64,000 bases of DNA from Laetmonice hystrix. Its lineage: Eukaryota. Below are positions 1 to 10,200 of this stretch, in pieces. How positions within the stretch are numbered: the first letter of the stretch is position 1; each line of letters opens with the position of its first letter. The notes beneath the pieces were generated by a model. The model was not told the origin of the DNA. It made no database searches and saw nothing but the letters and a program-made list of their open reading frames with translations. The stretch spans positions 12,526,001 through 12,590,000 of the forward strand of contig OZ249436.1 in the NCBI GenBank assembly GCA_965235115.1. The letters run 5' to 3'. The position numbers and the translations under genes were made by a program.

Positions 1-568
1 GCGAGGAGCATCTAATGTGAAAATCTGGAGAAGATACTGAAATGGGAAGTGTAAGCCCTACACATCACAACCATATATCTGTAGCGAACGTACGAGACCT
101 ATACGTTTGACAGTTAAACATCTGGCCTAAGAATAATAATTTTGGGCGGGCGTAGTTTAAGTTGACGTATCAAAAATGTAGCCATTTTTCGCTTATTATT
201 GCTTTAACCTGTCTCTCGCCACAGGTGCCTGCCAGCCCGGCCAGGTGTACGTGGTGATTCCACCGCTGGCCGGAAGGCGGCAGTGCAGTCAGCGCCGCAG
301 CCGCTTCAGTGGAGCTGCGCTGCACCCTGGTGTTTTCTGCCTGCAACATCTGTGTGTCATCTTTCTTTCTTTCTTTGTTACTTGGGGATGGGATATCTGA
401 TATAGAAAAGGCGTACAACGTCATTTGCCATTGTTAACTAAACCTTGACGGCAAACAGTCATTGGGACGACCTGACAACGTTGTTGGACGCTTACAGATG
501 GTCTGTATAGGGGACACAGATTAGATGGGAGTAGATGATAGACGAGACGTATGGCCTGCCTCCTGGAC

Positions 569-574
569 AATAAA
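569..574 (+). promoter_or_regulatory. Candidate polyadenylation signal AATAAA ~170 nt after the candidate stop (representative copy)
   Basis: GGACAATAAAGGC in most monomers; changed to AATGAA in one variant class (e.g. 5766-5771). The hexamer alone is weak evidence. Confidence 0.35.
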
Positions 575-637
575 GGCATGGAAACATGAAACATGAGGCG
601 TCCCTATACTACTGGCTACTCTTGTATACAAGCAAAC

Positions 638-790
638 GGTACAGGGAGGCCAAACAGTACAGGGAGGAATCGCTACAAGGTATACTGGCTGACCTACCAC
701 CCAAGCGAACACTACAGTGAGGCCAAAGAGTACAGTGAGGCCAAATAGTACACTGTGGGGCCAAGCAGTGTGGGAGGCCAACCAGTAGAG
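638..790 (+). repeat. Degenerate ~18-bp sub-repeat inside each monomer, consensus GTACAG(G/T)GAGGCCAAA(C/G/T)A (representative copy)
   Basis: gtacagggaggccaaaca, gtacagggagg, ctacagtgaggccaaaga, gtacagtgaggccaaata, ctgtggggccaagca, gtgtgggaggccaacca, plus a further tacagtgagg at 841. Confidence 0.85.
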
Positions 791-1088
791 TGAGAAGTCC
801 CTACATCTTACCGGCTGGCCTATAGTAGCCATGCAAACACTACAGTGAGGTAGTGGAAATGAAAGGTACAGGCGAGGAGCATCTAATGTGAAAATCTGGA
901 GAAGATACTGAAATGGGAAGTGTACACATCACAAGCATATATCTGTAGCGAACGTACAAGACCTATACGTTTGACAGTTATACATCTGGCCTAAGAATAA
1001 TAATTTTGGGCGGGCGTAGTTTAAGTTGACGTATCAAAAATGTAGCCATTTTTCGCTTATCATTGCTTTAACCTGTCTCTCGCCACAG

Positions 1089-1267
1089 GTGCCTGCCAGC
1101 CCGGCCAGGTGTACGTGGTGATTCCACCGCTGGCCGGAAGGCGGCAGTGCAGTCAGCGCCGCCGCCGCCGCTTCAGTGGAGCTGCGCTGCACCCTGGTGT
1201 TTTCTGCCTGCAACATCTGTGTGTCATCTTTCTTTGTTTGTTTGTTACTTGGGGATGGGATATCTGA
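1089..1267 (+). CDS. Candidate 3'-terminal coding exon present in every monomer (representative copy): (x)ACQPGQVYVVIPPLAGRRQCSQRRRRRFSGAALHPGVFCLQHLCVIFLCLFVTWGWDI*; product unknown
   Basis: Preceded by TTTAAC + CTGTCTCTCGCCACAG|G (branch-like motif, pyrimidine tract, acceptor). The phase-1 frame is open for 58 codons. The only indel seen in this segment is 3 bp (one CGC), and the stop is TGA (1265-1267) or TAA (2134-2136). It has no ATG of its own, so it is absent from the ORF track. No homologue recognised and no transcript evidence. Confidence 0.45.
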
Positions 1268-4200
1268 TATAGAAAAGGCGTACAACGTCATTTGCCATTG
1301 TTAACTAAACCTTGACGGCAAACAGTCATTGGGACGACCTGACAACGTTGTCGGACGCGTACAAATGGTCTGTAGGGGACACATATTATATGAGAGTAGA
1401 TGATATATAGACGAGACGTAGGGCCTGCCTCCTGGACAATAAAGGCATGGAAACATGAAACATGAGGCGTCCCTATACTACTGGCTACTCTTGTATACAA
1501 GCAAACGGTACAGGGAGGCCAAACAGTACAGGGAGGAATCGCTACAAGGTATACTGGCTGACCTAGCACCTAAGCGAACACTACAGTGAGGCCCAAGAGT
1601 ACAGTGAGGCCAAATAGTACACTGTGGGGCCAAGCAGTGTGGGAGGCCAACCAGTAGGGTGAGAAGTCCCTACATCTTACCGGCTGGCCTATAGTAGACA
1701 TGCAAACACTACAGTGAGGTTGTGGAAATGAAAGGTACAAGCCAGGAGCATCTAATGTGAAAATCTGGAGAAGATACTGAAATGGGAAGTGTACACATCA
1801 CAAGCATATATCTGTAGCGAACGTACGAGACCTATACGTTTGACAGTTATACATCTGGCCTAAGAATAATAATTTTGGACGGGCGTAGTTTAAGTTGACG
1901 TATCAAAAATGTAGCCATTTTTCGCTTATCATTGCTTTAATCTGTCTCTCGCCACAGGTGCCTGCCAGCCCGGCCAGGTGTACGTGGTGATTCCACCGCT
2001 GGCCGGAAGGCGGCAGTGCAGTCAGCGCCGCCGCCGCCGCTTCAGTGGAGCTGCGCTGCACCCTAGTGTTTTCTGCCTGCAACATCTGTGTGTCATCTTT
2101 CTTTGTTTGTTTGTTACTTGGGGATGGGATATCTAATATAGAAAAGGCGTACAACGTCATTTGCCATTGTTAACAAAACCTTGACGGCAAACAGTCATTG
2201 GGACGACCTGACAACGTTGTTGGACGCTTACAGATGGTCTGTAGGGGACACAGATTAGATGGGAGTAGATGATAGACGAGACGTAGGGCCTGCCTCCTGG
2301 ACAATAAAGGCATGGAAACATGAAACATGAGGCGTCCCTATACTACTGGCTACTCTTGTATACAAGCAAACGGTACAGGGAGGCCAAACAGTACAGGGAG
2401 GAATCGCTACAAGGTATACTGGCTGACCTACCACCCAAGCGAACACTACAGTGAGGCCAAAGAGTACAGTGAGGCCAAATAGTACACTGTGGGGCCAAGC
2501 AGTGTGGGAGGCCAACCAGTAGAGTGAGAAGTCCCTACATCTTACCGGCTGGCCTATAGTAGCCATGCAAACACTACAGTGAGGTAGTGGAAATGAAAGG
2601 TACAGGCGAGGAGCATCTAATGTAAAAGTCTGGAGAACATACTGAAATGGGAAGTGTACACATCACAAGCATATATCTGTAGCGAACGTACGAGACCTAT
2701 ACGTTTGACAGTTATACATCTGGCCTAAGAATAATAATTTTGGGCGGGCGTAGTTTAAGTTGACGTATCAAAAATGTAGCCATTTTTCGCTTATTATTGC
2801 TTTAACCTGTCTCTCGCCACAGGTGCCTGCCAGCCCGGCCAGGTGTACGTGGTGATTCCACCGCTGGCCGGAAGGCGGCAGTGCAGTCAGCGCCGCAGCC
2901 GCTTCAGTGGAGCTGCGCTGCACCCTGGTGTTTTCTGCCTGCAACATCTGTGTGTCATCTTTCTTTCTTTCTTTGTTACTTGGGGATGGGATATCTGATA
3001 TAGAAAAGGCGTACAACGTCATTTGCCATTGTTAACTAAACCTTGACGGCAAACAGTCATTGGGACGACCTGACAACGTTGTTGGACGCTTACAGATGGT
3101 CTGTATAGGGGACACAGATTAGATGGGAGTAGATGATAGACGAGACGTATGGCCTGCCTCCTGGACAATAAAGGCATGGAAACATGAAACATGAGGCGTC
3201 CCTATACTACTGGCTACTCTTGTATACAAGCAAACGGTACAGGGAGGCCAAACAGTACAGGGAGGAATCGCTACAAGGTATACTGGCTGACCTACCACCC
3301 AAGCGAACACTACAGTGAGGCCAAAGAGTACAGTGAGGCCAAATAGTACACTGTGGGGCCAAGCAGTGTGGGAGGCCAACCAGTAGAGTGAGAAGTCCCT
3401 ACATCTTACCGGCTGGCCTATAGTAGCCATGCAAACACTACAGTGAGGTAGTGGAAATGAAAGGTACAGGCGAGGAGCATCTAATGTGAAAATCTGGAGA
3501 AGATACTGAAATGGGAAGTGTACACATCACAAGCATATATCTGTAGCGAACGTACAAGACCTATACGTTTGACAGTTATACATCTGGCCTAAGAATAATA
3601 ATTTTGGGCGGGCGTAGTTTAAGTTGACGTATCAAAAATGTAGCCATTTTTCGCTTATCATTGCTTTAACCTGTCTCTCGCCACAGGTGCCTGCCAGCCC
3701 GGCCAGGTGTACGTGGTGATTCCACCGCTGGCCGGAAGGCGGCAGTGCAGTCAGCGCCGCCGCCGCCGCTTCAGTGGAGCTGCGCTGCACCCTGGTGTTT
3801 TCTGCCTGCAACATCTGTGTGTCATCTTTCTTTGTTTGTTTGTTACTTGGGGATGGGATATCTGATATAGAAAAGGCGTACAACGTCATTTGCCATTGTT
3901 AACTAAACCTTGACGGCAAACAGTCATTGGGACGACCTGACAACGTTGTCGGACGCGTACAAATGGTCTGTAGGGGACACATATTATATGAGAGTAGATG
4001 ATATATAGACGAGACGTAGGGCCTGCCTCCTGGACAATAAAGGCATGGAAACATGAAACATGAGGCGTCCCTATACTACTGGCTACTCTTGTATACAAGC
4101 AAACGGTACAGGGAGGCCAAACAGTACAGGGAGGAATCGCTACAAGGTATACTGGCTGACCTAGCACCTAAGCGAACACTACAGTGAGGCCCAAGAGTAC

Positions 4201-7200
4201 AGTGAGGCCAAATAGTACACTGTGGGGCCAAGCAGTGTGGGAGGCCAACCAGTAGGGTGAGAAGTCCCTACATCTTACCGGCTGGCCTATAGTAGACATG
4301 CAAACACTACAGTGAGGTTGTGGAAATGAAAGGTACAAGCCAGGAGCATCTAATGTGAAAATCTGGAGAAGATACTGAAATGGGAAGTGTACACATCACA
4401 AGCATATATCTGTAGCGAACGTACGAGACCTATACGTTTGACAGTTATACATCTGGCCTAAGAATAATAATTTTGGACGGGCGTAGTTTAAGTTGACGTA
4501 TCAAAAATGTAGCCATTTTTCGCTTATCATTGCTTTAATCTGTCTCTCGCCACAGGTGCCTGCCAGCCCGGCCAGGTGTACGTGGTGATTCCACCGCTGG
4601 CCGGAAGGCGGCAGTGCAGTCAGCGCCGCCGCCGCCGCTTCAGTGGAGCTGCGCTGCACCCTAGTGTTTTCTGCCTGCAACATCTGTGTGTCATCTTTCT
4701 TTGTTTGTTTGTTACTTGGGGATGGGATATCTAATATAGAAAAGGCGTACAACGTCATTTGCCATTGTTAACAAAACCTTGACGGCAAACAGTCATTGGG
4801 ACGACCTGACAACGTTGTTGGACGCTTACAGATGGTCTGTAGGGGACACAGATTAGATGGGAGTAGATGATAGACGAGACGTAGGGCCTGCCTCCTGGAC
4901 AATAAAGGCATGGAAACATGAAACATGAGGCGTCCCTATACTACTGGCTACTCTTGTATACAAGCAAACGGTACAGGGAGGCCAAACAGTACAGGGAGGA
5001 ATCGCTACAAGGTATACTGGCTGACCTACCACCCAAGCGAACACTACAGTGAGGCCAAAGAGTACAGTGAGGCCAAATAGTACACTGTGGGGCCAAGCAG
5101 TGTGGGAGGCCAACCAGTAGAGTGAGAAGTCCCTACATCTTACCGGCTGGCCTATAGTAGCCATGCAAACACTACAGTGAGGTAGTGGAAATGAAAGGTA
5201 CAGGCGAGGAGCATCTAATGTAAAAGTCTGGAGAACATACTGAAATGGGAAGTGTACACATCACAAGCATATATCTGTAGCGAACGTACGAGACCTATAC
5301 GTTTGACAGTTATACATCTGGCCTAAGAATAATAATTTTGGGCGGGCGTAGTTTAAGTTGACGTATCAAAAATGTAGCCATTTTTCGCTTATCATTGCTT
5401 TAACCTGTCTCTCGCCACAGGTGCCTGCCAGCCCGGCCAGGTGTACGTGGTGATTCCACCGCTGGCCGGAAGGCGGCAGTGCAGTCAGCGCCGCCGCCGC
5501 CGCTTCAGTGGAGCTGCGCTGCACCCTGGTGTTTTCTGCCTGCAACATCTGTGTGTCATCTTTCTTTGTTTGTTTGTTACTTGGGGATGGGATATCTGAT
5601 ATAGAAAAGGCGTACAACGTCATTTGCCATTGTTAACTAAACCTTGACGGCAAACAGTCATTGGGACGACCTGACAACGTTGTTGGACGCTTACAGATGG
5701 TCTGTAGGGGACACAGATTAGATGGGAGTAGATGATAGACGAGACGTATGGCCTGCCTCCTGGAGAATGAAGGCACGGAAACATGAAACATAAGGCGTCC
5801 CTATACTACTGGCTACTCTTGTATACAAGCAAACGGTACAGGGAGGCCAAACAGTACAGGGAGGACTCGCTACAAGGTATACTGGCTGACCTACCTCCCA
5901 AGCGAACACTACAGTGAGGCCAAAGAGTACATTGAGGCCAAATAGTACACTGTGGGGCCAAGCAGTGTGGGAGGCCAACCAGTAGAGTGAGAAGTCCCTA
6001 CATCTTACCGGCTGGCCTATAGTAGCCATGCAAACACTACAGTGAGGTAGTGGAAATGAAAGGTACAGGCGAGGAGCATCTAATGTAAAAGTCTGGAGAA
6101 CATACTGAAATGGGAAGTGTACACATCACAAGCATATATCTGTAGCGAACGTACGAGACCTATACGTTTGACAGTTATACATCTGGCCTAAGAATAATAA
6201 TTTTGGGTGGGCGTAGTTTAAGTTGACGTATCAAAAATGTAGCCATTTTCGCTTATCATTGCTTTAACCTGTCTCTCGCCACAGGTGCCTGCCAGCCCGG
6301 CCAGGTGTACGTGGTGATTCCACCGCTGGCCGGAAGGCGGCAGTGCAGTCAGCGTCGCCGCCGCTTCAGTGGAGCTGCGCTGCACCCTGGTGTTTTCTGC
6401 CTGCAACATCTGTGTGTCATCTTTCTTTCTTTGTTTGTTACTTGGGGATGGGATATCTGATATAGAAAAGGCGTACAACGTCATTTGCCATTGTTAACTA
6501 AACCTTGACGGCAAACAGTCATTGGGACGACCTGACAACGTTGTCGGACGCGTACAAATGGTCTGTAGGGGACACAGATTATATGAGAGTAGATGATATA
6601 TAGACGAGACGTAGGGCCTGCCTCCTGGACAATAAAGGCATGGAAACATGAAACATAAGGCGTCCCTATACTACTGGCTACTCTTGTATACAAGCAAACG
6701 GTACAGGGAGGCCAAACAGTACAGGGAGGACTCGCTACAAGGTATACTGGCTGACCTACCTCCCAAGCGAACACTACAGTGAGGCCAAAGAGTACATTGA
6801 GGCCAAATAGTACACTGTGGGGCCAAGCAGTGTGGGAGGCCAACCAGTAGGGTGAGAAGTCCCTACATCTTACCGGCTGGCCTATAGTAGACATGCAAAC
6901 ACTACAGTGAGGTTGTGGAAATGAAAGGTACAAGCCAGGAGCATCTAATGTGAAAATCTGGAGAAGATACTGAAATGGGAAGTGTACACATCACAAGCAT
7001 ATATCTGTAGCGAACGTACGAGACCTATACGTTTGACAGTTATACATCTGGCCTAAGAATAATAATTTTGGACGGGCGTAGTTTAAGTTGACGTATCAAA
7101 AATGTAGCCATTTTTCGCTTATCATTGCTTTAATCTGTCTCTCGCCACAGGTGCCTGCCAGCCCGGCCAGGTGTACGTGGTGATTCCACCGCTGGCCGGA

Positions 7201-10200
7201 AGGCGGCAGTGCAGTCAGCGCCGCCGCCGCCGCTTCAGTGGAGCTGCGCTGCACCCTAGTGTTTTCTGCCTGCAACATCTGTGTGTCATCTTTCTTTGTT
7301 TGTTTGTTACTTGGGGATGGGATATCTGATATAGAAAAGGCGTACAACGTCATTTGCCATTGTTAACTAAACCTTGACGGCAAACAGTCATTGGGACGAC
7401 CTGACAACGTTGTCGGACGCGTACAAATGGTCTGTAGGGGACACAGATTATATGAGAGTAGATGATATATAGACGAGACGTAGGGCCTGCCTCCTGGACA
7501 ATAAAGGCATGGAAACATGAAACATGAGGCGTCCCTATACTACTGGCTACTCTTGTATACAAGCAAACGGTACAGGGAGGCCAAACAGTACAGGGAGGAA
7601 TCGCTACAAGGTATACTGGCTGACCTAGCACCTAAGCGAACACTACAGTGAGGCCCAAGAGTACAGTGAGGCCAAATAGTACACTGTGGGGCCAAGCAGT
7701 GTGGGAGGCCAACCAGTAGGGTGAGAAGTCCCTACATCTTACCGGCTGGCCTATAGTAGACATGCAAACACTACAGTGAGGTTGTGGAAATGAAAGGTAC
7801 AAGCCAGGAGCATCTAATGTGAAAATCTGGAGAAGATACTGAAATGGGAAGTGTACACATCACAAGCATATATCTGTAGCGAACGTACGAGACCTATACG
7901 TTTGACAGTTATACATCTGGCCTAAGAATAATAATTTTGGACGGGCGTAGTTTAAGTTGACGTATCAAAAATGTAGCCATTTTTCGCTTATCATTGCTTT
8001 AATCTGTCTCTCGCCACAGGTGCCTGCCAGCCCGGCCAGGTGTACGTGGTGATTCCACCGCTGGCCGGAAGGCGGCAGTGCAGTCAGCGCCGCCGCCGCC
8101 GCTTCAGTGGAGCTGCGCTGCACCCTAGTGTTTTCTGCCTGCAACATCTGTGTGTCATCTTTCTTTGTTTGTTTGTTACTTGGGGATGGGATATCTAATA
8201 TAGAAAAGGCGTACAACGTCATTTGCCATTGTTAACTAAACCTTGACGGCAAACAGTCATTGGGACGACCTGACAACGTTGTTGGACGCTTACAGATGGT
8301 CTGTAGGGGACACAGATTAGATGGGAGTAGATGATATATAGACGAGACGTAGGGCCTGCCTCCTGGAGAATGAAGGCACGGAAACATGAAACATAAGGCG
8401 TCCCTATACTACTGGCTACTCTTGTATACAAGCAAACGGTACAGGGAGGCCAAACAGTACAGGGAGGACTCGCTACAAGGTATACTGGCTGACCTAGCTC
8501 CCAAGCGAACACTACAGTGAGGCCAAAGAGTACATTGAGGCCAAATAGTACACTGTGGGGCCAAGCAGTGTGGGAGGCCAACCAGTAGAGTGAGAAGTCC
8601 CTACATCTTACCGGCTGGCCTATAGTAGCCATGCAAACACTACAGTGAGGTAGTGGAAATGAAAGGTACAGGCGAGGAGCATCTAATGTAAAAGTCTGGA
8701 GAACATACTGAAATGGGAAGTGTACACATCACAAGCATATATCTGTAGCGAACGTACGAGACCTATACGTTTGACAGTTATACATCTGGCCTAAGAATAA
8801 TAATTTTGGACGGGCGTAGTTTAAGTTGACGTATCAAAAATGTAGCCATTTTTCGCTTATCATTGCTTTAATCTGTCTCTCGCCACAGGTGCCTGCCAGC
8901 CCGGCCAGGTGTACGTGGTGATTCCACCGCTGGCCGGAAGGCGGCAGTGCAGTCAGCGTCGCCGCCGCTTCAGTGGAGCTGCGCTGCACCCTGGTGTTTT
9001 CTGCCTGCAACATCTGTGTGTCATCTTTCTTTGTTTGTTTGTTACTTGGGGATGGGATATCTGATATAGAAAAGGCGTACAACGTCATTTGCCATTGTTA
9101 ACTAAACCATGACGGCAAACAGTCATTGGGACGACCTGACAACGTTGTTGGACGCTTACAGATGGTCTGTAGGGGACACAGATTATATGAGAGTAGATGA
9201 TATATAGACGAGACGTAGGGCCTGCCTCCTGGACAATAAAGGCATGGAAACATGAAACATGAGGCGTCCCTATACTACTGGCTACTCTTGTATACAAGCA
9301 AACGGTACAGGGAGGCCAAACAGTACAGGGAGGAATCGCTACAAGGTATACTGGCTGACCTAGCACCTAAGCGAACACTACAGTGAGGCCCAAGAGTACA
9401 GTGAGGCCAAATAGTACACTGTGGGGCCAAGCAGTGTGGGAGGCCAACCAGTAGGGTGAGAAGTCCCTACATCTTACCGGCTGGCCTATAGTAGACATGC
9501 AAACACTACAGTGAGGTTGTGGAAATGAAAGGTACAAGCCAGGAGCATCTAATGTGAAAATCTGGAGAAGATACTGAAATGGGAAGTGTACACATCACAA
9601 GCATATATCTGTAGCGAACGTACGAGACCTATACGTTTGACAGTTATACATCTGGCCTAAGAATAATAATTTTGGACGGGCGTAGTTTAAGTTGACGTAT
9701 CAAAAATGTAGCCATTTTTCGCTTATCATTGCTTTAATCTGTCTCTCGCCACAGGTGCCTGCCAGCCCGGCCAGGTGTACGTGGTGATTCCACCGCTGGC
9801 CGGAAGGCGGCAGTGCAGTCAGCGCCGCCGCCGCCGCTTCAGTGGAGCTGCGCTGCACCCTAGTGTTTTCTGCCTGCAACATCTGTGTGTCATCTTTCTT
9901 TGTTTGTTTGTTACTTGGGGATGGGATATCTAATATAGAAAAGGCGTACAACGTCATTTGCCATTGTTAACTAAACCTTGACGGCAAACAGTCATTGGGA
10001 CGACCTGACAACGTTGTCGGACGCGTACAAATGGTCTGTAGGGGACACAGATTATATGAGAGTAGATGATATATAGACGAGACGTAGGGCCTGCCTCCTG
10101 GACAATAAAGGCATGGAAACATGAAACATGAGGCGTCCCTATACTACTGGCTACTCTTGTATACAAGCAAACGGTACAGGGAGGCCAAACAGTACAGGGA

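Larger units (their letters stand above)
170..5365. repeat. Higher-order repeat: 3-monomer unit of 2598 bp, two copies (boundaries approximate)
   Basis: Offsets 170->2768, 1034->3632 and 1903->4501 are all 2598. Private variants recur at that offset (gccgcagccg, ctgtataggg, gtacaagacc, ttaacaaaacc). Confidence 0.92.

Noticed and set aside
138..146. AATTTTGG as the Sm site of a spliced-leader or U snRNA gene array
   Set aside because: No recognisable U1/U2/U4/U5/U7/U11/U12 sequence, no clear leader-donor stem-loop at a usual distance, and no convincing 3' hairpin. An Rfam search would settle it.
225..290. HDV-like or hammerhead ribozyme in the monomer hairpin
   Set aside because: A P1-like helix followed by GG exists on both strands, but P3 and P2 pairings and J4/2 could not be formed. 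No CTGANGA...GAAA core was found.
638..790. CRISPR array or rDNA/5S repeat
   Set aside because: The repeats are degenerate with no unique spacers or cas genes, and no rRNA or 5S sequence was recognised in the monomer.
170..832. Repeated minus-strand ORFs (84-150 aa, MTLYAFS..., MATIGQP..., MLGQPVY...) as a tandem protein gene family
   Set aside because: No recognisable domain. Starts and ends shift with monomer indels (frameshift at 6218, ORF lost near 57312 and in several units). They are the antisense of the better-supported + strand frame and of the minisatellite.
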